Shown: in pieces, positions 9,000-17,848 of the stretch
How the letters are laid out: the number at the start of each line of letters is the position of its first letter
How positions within the stretch are numbered: the first letter of the stretch is position 1
Source: an uncultured bacterium
Lineage (GTDB): Bacteria > Chlamydiota > Chlamydiia > Chlamydiales > SM23-39
Direction of reading: 5' to 3'
Assembly (NCBI GenBank): GCA_963716985.1
Contig: OY970323.1
Coordinates: 2,001,280 to 2,065,279, forward strand
DNA length: 64,000 bases
Made by a program: the position numbers and the translations under genes
The notes under the pieces: generated by a model
The model's input: only the letters and a program-made list of their open reading frames with translations
The model's database searches: none
Told to the model about the DNA's origin: nothing

Positions 9000-10550
9000 C
9001 TATAGGATAGAGCAACAGCATTTGCTCTTCTTTTTCGCATCCTCCTGCGAGACCAGTGGATCTGCTTCATTGATGCGAACATTTGCTGCAGTGGCGGAAG
9101 TAGCCGCCACCACAGCATTACCACCTTCTCTGCCAAGGGCAGTAGGACGCAAAGACTCCCTTTTGACAGGAACATTCGCAGAAGCACTTGCGGGAGGTGC
9201 GGGGGCTGGCGTTTCTTTCGAAGGGCAAGAACTACCGCCTCCGCTACCGGTATCAGAGAGACGCGGAGCCTCCTCTTTGACAGGAACATCCGTAGAAGTA
9301 CTTGCGGGAGGTGCAGGAGCTGACGTTTCTGCTCTCTTTACAAATTCTTTCAAAAATTCACGAGACTCGAGACATCCTTGTGCGGCAGATTCTCCGAGCA
9401 AAGAGAAAGCTCTTTCCTTATCTTCTCCAATACCAATACCATAGAAAAGGCAAAGCGCTAACATGTGTTTTGCCAAGGAAAATCCCATGTCGGCAGATTT
9501 CTGGAAATGTCTCACAGCGTTCTCTTGTTTCAAATGGTACAAATGTCTTGTGAAACAGCAAAGTCCCAGAAAAAACTCTGCTCCTGCTAGCTTTTCGATA
9601 GCTAAACACAAATATTTACTCGCTTGTTTTTCCGATACTTCCGTTCCCCATCCATTAGCAAAGCAAAGCCCTAGATAAAGCTGTGCTCCCGGAATGGATC
9701 CTCTTGCAGCAGAAAACCTTTTGAAAGCCATCTCATACGATGGCGCAACTCCAATGCCCATGGCATAACAAAGACCTAATCGAAAGCATGTCTCAAAATC
9801 ATTTTTCTCTGCAGCTGATTTATATCTTAAAAAAGCTTCCGATTCACTGGACGAACCAACAAGGTCCTCATAAGACCATCCCAAAGCAGCTCTTTCTCGC
9901 TGCTCTTTGTTGAGAAAAAAGAAAAGGGCTTTTTGGAGATCTATTTCAGAATTTTTTTGTTCCGCAAGGGCTACACAAAGTTTTGCATTCAGATGTCCCT
10001 TTTTGGCAGCAGCTATGAAGTGTTTTTGCGCTTCTCGTGGATCTTTTGCAACTCCAAAGCCTTGCTCATAACATTTTCCCAAAGAAAATCGAGCATCGGG
10101 ATGGTCCTTCTCAACAGCTCTTAAAAGGTATTGAACAACTTCTGTTTCTGTCTTTTTGGCATCGGAAAGGAGAGTCTTTGAGCGTTGAAGACAATAAGCA
10201 ACCATGAATTGTGCTTCTTTATCTCTCCCAGCGGCTGCGATACGAAAGTTCTCAAGAGCACTGTCTCTATTTACGTTCACTCCATTACCATTCAAAAAAC
10301 ACAATCCTAATTCATGGTTTGCTAAAAGATATCGCAGACTGGCCGCTGAAGCGAACTGGGCAAAAGCAAGCTGTGGCTCTTTAATATAATAACATATGCC
10401 TAGTAAATATTGAGCTACTGCATCTGTTTTTTCTGCAGTTTGCAATAAATCAGTCGCTTGTTCGAATTCTTTTTCTTTTATTAAAGTTTTTGCCGCTTTA
10501 TGTAAATCGGTCAAAGCCGGACTACCCGGACTATTGGATGCTGTTGTCAT
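9000..10550 (-). CDS. Sel1-like repeat protein with low-complexity tail and C-terminal CaaX box (putative effector)
   Basis: Multiple A...LG.CY..G.GV..D...A...F..AA repeats; ends KKKSKCCCSIL*; ATG 10550 has a GAGG RBS. Confidence 0.85.
   Translation of the reverse strand: MTTASNSPGSPALTDLHKAAKTLIKEKEFEQATDLLQTAEKTDAVAQYLLGICYYIKEPQLAFAQFASAASLRYLLANHELGLCFLNGNGVNVNRDSALENFRIAAAGRDKEAQFMVAYCLQRSKTLLSDAKKTETEVVQYLLRAVEKDHPDARFSLGKCYEQGFGVAKDPREAQKHFIAAAKKGHLNAKLCVALAEQKNSEIDLQKALFFFLNKEQRERAALGWSYEDLVGSSSESEAFLRYKSAAEKNDFETCFRLGLCYAMGIGVAPSYEMAFKRFSAARGSIPGAQLYLGLCFANGWGTEVSEKQASKYLCLAIEKLAGAEFFLGLCCFTRHLYHLKQENAVRHFQKSADMGFSLAKHMLALCLFYGIGIGEDKERAFSLLGESAAQGCLESREFLKEFVKRAETSAPAPPASTSTDVPVKEEAPRLSDTGSGGGSSCPSKETPAPAPPASASANVPVKRESLRPTALGREGGNAVVAATSATAANVRINEADPLVSQEDAKKKSKCCCSIL
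9161..9330. repeat. Two ~55-bp imperfect direct repeats (114-bp spacing) encoding ET(S/P)APAPPAS.S..VPVK
   Basis: Copies at about 9161-9216 and 9275-9330. Confidence 0.75.
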
Positions 10551-11016
10551 AAAACCTCGTTTTTGAAAAGGAACTTCTCTAGTTAGAATCGTTATCACGA
10601 CTTTTTACGTTTTTTTCTCTAACCGAGAATTCCTTACTGTTAACATAAAAATTGATAGAGAGATCCACCTTGCGCATGCTGTTTTGGTTCTTAACGACGA
10701 ATGGCAGGAATCTAAAAACTCGCTATCGGCAAATATTCTAGCAATACTGCTTCCTTTTTTTCAGAATTTTTTAAATTCCGGATGAAAAAATCTTAACACA
10801 TCAGGTTGACTCCCTCGTTTCCACCTGCGAGAGAACTTCCTGCTTAACATTGGGTGCAAAGAAACTTTGCAATGAATTGGGATTCTCTAAACATCAAAAA
10901 TCCACGCCTCAACTAACGACAACACAGCAAGAAAAAGAACCTGGAAATTCTCGTGGGTGTCGAAACTGATTTTCATCTTCAGCGTATATCTTTCTACTTG
11001 TTAGGTACCATTTCGG

Positions 11017-12030
11017 TCATTTTTTGCTACTAAAAAGAGACGGCGAGGGAGGACTCTCAGTGCGATGACGAGGCTCCTTGGATTTAGAAAGGCGAAGGCT
11101 ATTTTCAGGCATTTCTGCCCCAGCAGGAGTAGGCGGAGATCCGGGGAGGAAAGGTATCACAACCTCATCAGGATTTTCTCCTGCTCCAGAACCAGCAGAG
11201 CGTGGGATAGGGGATAATACCAAACCTTCATGAGGAGGCATTTCTGCCCCAGCAGGAGTGACAGGTGACATAATCACAGCAGGAGGTGCGGTTGGTGACG
11301 AATGGTCGGAATATGGCGGCTTCTTTCGTACTGACGCAGTCATTGCATCACTCGCTCTAGTAGTATCTACAACAATTTCTTCGACGACAAGAGATTGTCT
11401 CTTACGCTTCTCGTCATTTTCAATGACTTCTGCTTCATCCCCTTTCGTTAATGCGGGAACAACAGCCGGCAGTTCAGAAGTGCTTGATGAAGCAGGATGG
11501 CCCTCTCTGAAACACAATCTCCCAATACCTCTGAGCCCAAGACCGGTAATAGGGATCATCCCAAGGGCGAGGGGCCAATAATTGACGAGCGAAGTTATAC
11601 CTTGTTGGCTCGGAGCTGCAAAAATCATATCGCGAAGAGGCGTTCCTAAAATAGCGGAAGTAATTCCGGGAGAAACCGGATTTGCCCAATAGCTGCGACC
11701 CATCACAGAAAGAGCAACGACTCCCACAACAAGACTTGTGAGAATAACGGGTTTTAAATACCCAACTTCAGACCATTTCGAGTTTTCAGGCTTATGATAA
11801 ACAGCAGAGATCTTCCTTTGAGCAAAATAAACAGGATTTCCAATGACCAGTTCTCCTACGAATGACAAAAGAATAAAAATACTACAAGAAATGCGATAGA
11901 CCGATCGCATGAGGGGACTCTTTTGAAGAAGCCCTGGGCTCCACATTCTTTTTGTCAGAGGGAACGAAAGAGAGTCGGATCGAAAAAAAGCCGGTAAGGT
12001 AGAGGATAAGCAAGGAGTAACTTGGCTCAT
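11017..12030 (-). CDS. Hypothetical membrane protein with Pro/Ser-rich disordered C-terminus (possible Inc-like effector)
   Basis: 2-3 hydrophobic segments in the N-terminal half; duplicated TPAGAEMP motif (11107-11130 and 11236-11259). Confidence 0.65.
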   Translation of the reverse strand: MSQVTPCLSSTLPAFFRSDSLSFPLTKRMWSPGLLQKSPLMRSVYRISCSIFILLSFVGELVIGNPVYFAQRKISAVYHKPENSKWSEVGYLKPVILTSLVVGVVALSVMGRSYWANPVSPGITSAILGTPLRDMIFAAPSQQGITSLVNYWPLALGMIPITGLGLRGIGRLCFREGHPASSSTSELPAVVPALTKGDEAEVIENDEKRKRQSLVVEEIVVDTTRASDAMTASVRKKPPYSDHSSPTAPPAVIMSPVTPAGAEMPPHEGLVLSPIPRSAGSGAGENPDEVVIPFLPGSPPTPAGAEMPENSLRLSKSKEPRHRTESPPSPSLFSSKK

Positions 12031-12095
12031 AAAAAATCCATTTGTAAAGGCATTGTAGAGATTTTACACGTTTCGGCAAAAAATAAAAATCTTTT

Positions 12096-13067
12096 TCACA
12101 AAAGATTTCTCTTCGAAGAGTCAGAAGAAGCCGTCAAAGAATGAAAGTTTTCCTCTCGAGAAATTCCCCTGCACGAATAAAATGCTCTCCTCCAAAAGGG
12201 AGTCCCGACCATTTTTAAAAACTCCAAGGGTGAGATTTGATAAACGTTGGAAGGCAAGATCTGTTTTTCTTCTTTGAAACGAAAGGTCTTTGTAAGATCT
12301 AGCTCTATGAAGGGATCGACTTTTTTCAACTCATAGCCATGCACGAAATCTTTGATGCTATAGGGATTCGACCATTCGTTTTCTATGAGTTTTTCCCAAT
12401 CATTTTCATTTTTATGGGCAGATGCTTTCATCTTTTTAAGGATCTCTTCTTTGGTGCGCACCCAGCTATAATGATGAATCATTGGCTCTCCATCGAGCCC
12501 CAAGACATGACGCATTTTTTTCTTCGCAGCATTGTAGAGTGCATGGCGGTCTCCTGGAGAAAGAAGAGCTTTTTTCTGCCAAGAACCCCGTCGAGCGAGC
12601 ACTGCGGAATCTTCCCGGCAAGAGGCCTGCATCTCTGGCGTGCGAAAATACCAATAGTTCGCAAGACGCATCGCATCATAGACGCGGTACTGCTCTGCGT
12701 CCAGCCATGCGGAGAACCTCTTTTCGTCGACAATTTCATCGGCATCCAAAAAAAGCAGATACTCACTTGTAGCAAAATGCTGCCCGATGATTCTGGAACA
12801 GTTGAACCAAAGATCCTTGCCGATTCTCTTTGTAAATTTTTCAGAAAGCAGCTTGGGCACAAAGGGAGATAAGAAAAATCGACATTCGGGAAACTGCTCA
12901 AAACAGTAAAAAAGAGCCTCTTTGTTTTCGGGAGTCCCGTCAAAAAAATGATCAAAGACAACGATGCCGATCTCGGAAGAAAAATTCTTGAGCGACTCAA
13001 TGCAGTGTTTTAAAAAACGAATTTCATTCGTACAGAAAGAAATGACAGAACCGATCGAATGGGACAT
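12096..13067 (-). CDS. Glycosyltransferase family 2-like protein
   Basis: N-terminal ...NE.RFLKHCIESL, LLFLDADE (DxD) and HHYSW. Confidence 0.75.
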   Translation of the reverse strand: MSHSIGSVISFCTNEIRFLKHCIESLKNFSSEIGIVVFDHFFDGTPENKEALFYCFEQFPECRFFLSPFVPKLLSEKFTKRIGKDLWFNCSRIIGQHFATSEYLLFLDADEIVDEKRFSAWLDAEQYRVYDAMRLANYWYFRTPEMQASCREDSAVLARRGSWQKKALLSPGDRHALYNAAKKKMRHVLGLDGEPMIHHYSWVRTKEEILKKMKASAHKNENDWEKLIENEWSNPYSIKDFVHGYELKKVDPFIELDLTKTFRFKEEKQILPSNVYQISPLEFLKMVGTPFWRRAFYSCRGISREENFHSLTASSDSSKRNLL

Positions 13068-13225
13068 AGGCGCTCAAATTGTTAAGAATTATTCCCGAAA
13101 AACCAAAAGAAAGCAACGTATAGCTTCTCTTCGTTTTACTCCAGAAATCGGAAGATGCAAAACTACTTGATCCTTCCTTTTAAAAAGAATAGTATGTGAT
13201 AGAAAAAAAAGAGGCAAAAAACTCT

Positions 13226-14584
13226 ATGCATATCGTCATATTGGGTGCAGGAGAGCTTGGCTGCCACCTTGCGCGCGTACTTGCAAACGAGGGATTGAGC
13301 GTTACGGTCATCGACAAAGATCTGAAAAACCTAGAAAAACTTTCTAAAGAAGCAGACATAGCCACGATCGTTGCTCCCGGAACCAAATGGAAAGCGCTTA
13401 GCGATCTGATCGAGGAGAATCCCTCTTTTTTCATCGCCCTGACCGGAAGCGATGAGGCTAATCTCGTCTCTTGCACAATTGCAAAAAACTTAGGCTTTCC
13501 CCATACCGTGGCAAGGGTCAAAGAGATCGGTTTTTTGAGCCGCTCGCGCCTGGACTTCGGAAGGCTTTTTTTTGTCGATCATTTCATCGGAGCCGAAGTT
13601 CTCACCGCACACGATATTTTAAAAAGCATTCTCAACTACGAAGATTTATCGGTCGAAAATTTTGCACACGGCACCATCCAGATGAGGACCTTTCTCATCC
13701 CGGAAAGCTGGCCGAATGAAAAAACCTATCTCAAAGATCTCTCTCTCCCTAAAGAAATCATCATCAGCTTGATTCGCAGAAGAAATCCTTCCGGCAAAGA
13801 GCATATCATCTTTCCTCATGGAGAGGATTGCATTCTTCCCAAAGACGAGGTGACCGTCATCGGAGAGACGCAAACCATGTACCGTATCCATCACCTCTTC
13901 AAATTCAAATCGCCTGAAAAACCCATCAAGTCCGTCGTGATCGTCGGCGGATCTCCCGTAGCGCTTCGACTCTCTTACATTCTCGAAAAGCTCGACATCC
14001 ACGTCAAGATCATCGAAAGAGATGAAAAACGGTGCGAAGAGCTTGCCGACCTTCTTCCCGAAAGCACGGTTCTGCATCATGATGTGCAGAACCTCAATTT
14101 TCTTCTTTCCGAAGGAGTGCAAAATGCAGGAGCTTTTCTCGCCTGCACGAACGTAGATGAGACCAATCTCTTGCTCGCACTTTTAGGAAAAAAATGCGGA
14201 TGCCCTAAGGTGCTGGCATTGATTTCCGACGTGAGTTTGGTTCCCGTCTTTCGAGATTTGGACATTACAGTCTCTATCTCAGAAAAAGTCAACCTTGCCA
14301 ATCGCATTCTTTCTCTTGTGCATGGGAAAAAAATTATTTCCATTGCTTCTCTTTGCGACAACCAGGCCAAGGTTCTTGAAATGAAGGTATCCCCCGAATC
14401 AGAGCTGGTAGGACTCCCCCTCTCCGATATCAGCTCGCGTCTGCCCAAAGACCTGCTGATTGCGGCCATCGAAAATCGAGGACGCATCATGATTGGCAAA
14501 GGCACGCGCATTCTTTCTCCCAATGATACGATTATCGTGGTGACAAGCGCCGAAAGAGTCCATGAATTGTCAGATCTTTTTTAA
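13226..14584 (+). CDS. trkA: Trk potassium uptake system regulatory subunit
   Basis: MHIVILGAGELG RCK-N motif, two RCK-N/C pairs, adjacent trkH; ATG 13226 preferred to GTG 13196. Confidence 0.92.
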   Translation: MHIVILGAGELGCHLARVLANEGLSVTVIDKDLKNLEKLSKEADIATIVAPGTKWKALSDLIEENPSFFIALTGSDEANLVSCTIAKNLGFPHTVARVKEIGFLSRSRLDFGRLFFVDHFIGAEVLTAHDILKSILNYEDLSVENFAHGTIQMRTFLIPESWPNEKTYLKDLSLPKEIIISLIRRRNPSGKEHIIFPHGEDCILPKDEVTVIGETQTMYRIHHLFKFKSPEKPIKSVVIVGGSPVALRLSYILEKLDIHVKIIERDEKRCEELADLLPESTVLHHDVQNLNFLLSEGVQNAGAFLACTNVDETNLLLALLGKKCGCPKVLALISDVSLVPVFRDLDITVSISEKVNLANRILSLVHGKKIISIASLCDNQAKVLEMKVSPESELVGLPLSDISSRLPKDLLIAAIENRGRIMIGKGTRILSPNDTIIVVTSAERVHELSDLF

Positions 14585-14595
14585 AAAGGAGATAA

Positions 14596-16248
14596 ATGAA
14601 CTATAAGCAGATCTCTCTCTTCTTAGGAAAATACCTCTTCTTCTTCTCTCTCATCCTTCTGCTTCCTTTGGGCGTGGCTCTTTATTACGACTTTGTGGCA
14701 GATTCGAAATTCTATCCGCAGCCGCATGCATCGCTTGCATTTTTTTTTACCACTCTCATCTCCCTTGCCCTCTCCCTCTTCTTTTTTTTGGCGAGAAGAG
14801 GCCCGAAAAGCGCGCTCGGAAGAAAAGAGGGCATACTACTCGTCGTTCTAATCTGGCTTATCTCCTGCTGGGTCGGGTCGCTTCCCTTTCTTTTCACGAA
14901 AACACTCTCCTCTCCCATCGATGCCTATTTTGAAACCATGTCGGGCTTTACCACGACGGGAGCGAGCGTTTTTCATCCCAAGGAGTATGACAGAGAGGGA
15001 AGAGAAATTCCCATCCATTATCAAAATCCGAAGGTTCCGGGGAAAACCTATGTCTTTTATGGGACCATCGCTCCGGTCAAAGATTCCAAAACGGGCAAGG
15101 TTCTTTATGAAGGAGTCGAAGCGGTCAGCAGGGGCGTGGTTTTTTGGCGCAGTATGATCCAATGGCTCGGCGGCATGGGCATCGTCGTTCTTTTTCTTGC
15201 CATCTTTCCCACATTGGCAGTCGGTGGAAAATTTCTCTTTCATCTCGAGGTGCCGGGCCCCATCAAGGAATCTCTTTCTCCCTTAATTAAGGATACGGCC
15301 TCGATTCTCTGGAAACTGTATATAAGTCTTACGATTGCGCAAATTTACCTCTTGATCTGGACCAATGACAGCATGCCCCTTTTTGACGCCTTTTGCATTA
15401 CCTTTTCCACGCTCTCCACGGGAGGATTTGCCGTCACCAACGGCAGCATTGGCAGCTATCACAATTTTCATACGGAATGGGTCGTGATCCTCTTCATGAT
15501 TCTCGGCAGCATCAACTTCAACCTCTATTTTCATCTAATACGCCGCAAACTCTACCAGATCTACGAACCCGACTTCCTCTTCTTCATATTAGTAACGCTC
15601 CTCGGCGGCATGGCAGTTTCATTTACTCTGATCGGAACTCCCCGCCAGTCTCTCGAAGGGGTGCAGCTAGGCATCTATTCCCTATCTTCCGCCTTTCGCG
15701 ACGGTTTTTTCCAGTCCGTTTCGGCGCAAACCACCACGGGATTTGCAACGACCAACTATGATTTGTGGCCCTATGCACCGCAGCTCTTTCTACTTCTTCT
15801 GATGTTCGTCGGCGGCATGGCAGGATCGACAGCCGGAGGTATTAAAACGTCGCGGTTTTACATTCTTTTCAAAATATTACGACATAAGCTCGAAGAGATT
15901 TTCCGCCCCGAAAAAGTTCTCAAACTCAAGATCGGCGGCAAGGAGATCGATGCGAAAACGGAAATCACCGTGCTTGCCTTTTTTACCGTTGTGATTCTCT
16001 TTGCAGCTCTCGGCGTTTGCATTCTTGTGGTCAATGGCGTCGATACCGAATCTGCCATGGGAGCGATTGCCTGCATGATCAACAACATCGGCCTTGGGTT
16101 TAGAGCCGGGGGACCTACCCAATCGTTTGCTTTCCTGCCGCCGCTATCGAAGATCGTCTCAATCTTCTGGATGCTTCTCGGAAGACTTGAATTTTTTGCC
16201 GTTTTAATGCTCTTTGTTCCCAGCTTTTGGAGAACGACAAAAAATTAA
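14596..16248 (+). CDS. trkH: Trk potassium uptake membrane subunit
   Basis: Pore loops FETMSGFTTTG, STLSTGGF, TTTGF and NNIGLG; GSTAGGIK; GRLEFF. Confidence 0.95.
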   Translation: MNYKQISLFLGKYLFFFSLILLLPLGVALYYDFVADSKFYPQPHASLAFFFTTLISLALSLFFFLARRGPKSALGRKEGILLVVLIWLISCWVGSLPFLFTKTLSSPIDAYFETMSGFTTTGASVFHPKEYDREGREIPIHYQNPKVPGKTYVFYGTIAPVKDSKTGKVLYEGVEAVSRGVVFWRSMIQWLGGMGIVVLFLAIFPTLAVGGKFLFHLEVPGPIKESLSPLIKDTASILWKLYISLTIAQIYLLIWTNDSMPLFDAFCITFSTLSTGGFAVTNGSIGSYHNFHTEWVVILFMILGSINFNLYFHLIRRKLYQIYEPDFLFFILVTLLGGMAVSFTLIGTPRQSLEGVQLGIYSLSSAFRDGFFQSVSAQTTTGFATTNYDLWPYAPQLFLLLLMFVGGMAGSTAGGIKTSRFYILFKILRHKLEEIFRPEKVLKLKIGGKEIDAKTEITVLAFFTVVILFAALGVCILVVNGVDTESAMGAIACMINNIGLGFRAGGPTQSFAFLPPLSKIVSIFWMLLGRLEFFAVLMLFVPSFWRTTKN

Positions 16249-16339
16249 GGCCTTTGATCAAAAAAAATAATCTTTCATGCACGATGTCCGGCTATTCTGC
16301 ATTGCGCGAATCGGAGAAACGCCCGCCAGGAATATTTGT

Positions 16340-16571
16340 AGCCCGAATTGGAAAAAGAACAATTTGTAACTTCTTGAACCAATCGAATGGTATCACCGCC
16401 TTTTCCACATCCAAGGCACTTGAAAAGATTTGTTCTGGGATCAAAAGAAAGGCTTGCGGTCGCACTGTCGTGGCCTCCGTAGCACATGGCCTTATTTCAA
16501 TTCCAAGGGATTTCGCAAGCTCCACTATAGGGAAGGGCCTTCGCTCTTGCTATTCGTTCTTTGTCGATCAT
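16340..16571 (-). pseudogene. Frameshifted remnant of CHC2 zinc-finger (DNA primase N-terminal) protein
   Basis: Three frames join to MIDKERIARAKALP/IVELAKSLGIEIR/MCYGGHDSATASLSFDPRTNLFKCLGCGKGGDTIRLVQEVTNCSF; the ATG overlaps the Fic stop (ATGA). Confidence 0.75.
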
Positions 16572-17713
16572 TTGTTTAATATCTTTATGTAGTTTCTGTA
16601 TTCATAAATTCTACCATAATTTTTTCTAGGAAGCTTTTGCGAAAGAATTTTTAATTCTATTAGTCTGTCTATGATTTTTTGCGCGCCAGCTCTTGTTTTG
16701 GTTCCGGTCCATTCCATAATTTTTATTACGTCTACGATAGGTTGTTGGTATAGGTTCCGCAAAACCTCTACTGCTGTTGTAGCCGCGATTTTTCCAAGTT
16801 TAAGGGTTTTTTCCATGTCTTTTTCGCGCAGATGTGTAATGTCAGATGCAGTCGAAATTGCAGAATTTGCAGTTGCTATAATGCCTTCAAGAAAAAAATC
16901 AATCCACTTGTCTACGCGTGCTGGATTACTGTGGTATCCTTGTAGTCGCTCGCAATATAATTCCTTGTTTTTTTTGAAAAAATCAGACAGATAAAGCAAT
17001 GGCAATTGAAGTAATTTTTCTTTCCAAAGAAAGAGAGTTATTAGAAGGCGTCCTGTTCTTCCATTTCCATCTGTAAAGGGATGCACCGTTTCAAATTGAG
17101 CGTGTAAAAGAGCGGCTTTAATGAGTGGCGGGTAGGTGTCATCGTCGGCGTTAATGAACGTTTCAATGTCTCCCATAGCTCTTGGAATCTCGTGAACTGG
17201 TGGTGGAACAAATAAAGCATTCGAAGGAGACATGCCACCAATCCAATTTTGGGTATATCTAAATTCTCCGGGAAATGATTTTTGAGTTGTGCATGCGCCA
17301 GTCATTAGATTGCTATGAAGTTCTTTGATAAATCGAACGGAGATGGGTAATGTTTTAAATCGCTCTGTGCCCTCGCGAAGAGCGTGAACGTAGAGAATGA
17401 TATCTTCTACGTCGGGAGCTTGGACATTCTTCGGGATTATTTCTGCTTCAATGGCATCGATCAGCGTTGCTTGAGTTCCTTCTATTTGACTCGAAGACGC
17501 CGCTTCTTTTCCGATAAACATCCGAATAAAAAGATCAGAATCGGGAAGAAGTTGGCTGATGCCATCGAGTTTTCCAATCAATCGCATTGCCTCCCCGTGT
17601 AATAGCTGTTGTTGAGATGAAAATCGAAACTCTTCTTGAATAGGGAAGGGCAGAGGAATGAAGGCTTTGAAACCTTCGGGTTGATTGACTAAGTATCCTA
17701 TTTTGTTCCACAT
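16568..17713 (-). CDS. Fic family protein (N-terminal inhibitory helix, C-terminal wHTH-like domain)
   Basis: Canonical HPFTDGNGRTGR; SSQIEG matches the (S/T)xxxE(G/N) inhibitory motif. Confidence 0.92.
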   Translation of the reverse strand: MWNKIGYLVNQPEGFKAFIPLPFPIQEEFRFSSQQQLLHGEAMRLIGKLDGISQLLPDSDLFIRMFIGKEAASSSQIEGTQATLIDAIEAEIIPKNVQAPDVEDIILYVHALREGTERFKTLPISVRFIKELHSNLMTGACTTQKSFPGEFRYTQNWIGGMSPSNALFVPPPVHEIPRAMGDIETFINADDDTYPPLIKAALLHAQFETVHPFTDGNGRTGRLLITLFLWKEKLLQLPLLYLSDFFKKNKELYCERLQGYHSNPARVDKWIDFFLEGIIATANSAISTASDITHLREKDMEKTLKLGKIAATTAVEVLRNLYQQPIVDVIKIMEWTGTKTRAGAQKIIDRLIELKILSQKLPRKNYGRIYEYRNYIKILNK

Positions 17714-17729
17714 ACGGCGCCAACATTTT

Positions 17730-17781
17730 ATTTTGTATATATCTAATATGTGAATGTATACAAAATGGTGTATTTTGTATA
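17730..17781. promoter_or_regulatory. Putative operator upstream of fic: palindrome TATACAAAAT-N5-ATTTTGTATA plus a third half-site
   Basis: Perfect 10-bp inverted repeat 17757-17766/17772-17781; an identical ATTTTGTATA at 17730-17739. Confidence 0.55.
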
Positions 17782-17848
17782 GTTCTTGTTGTTAAGTTGC
17801 TTTTAGTTAGGCTTTTGCGTGTTAATGTCGAGGATTGTTTTCAGATAG

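Noticed and set aside
10600-11016. ~420-bp intergenic region as ncRNA or pseudogene
   Set aside because: No convincing stems or recognisable peptide motifs by eye
8764-12030. tRNA-Arg as integration site of the effector islet
   Set aside because: The genes lie 5' of the tRNA; no duplicated tRNA 3' end and no integrase seen
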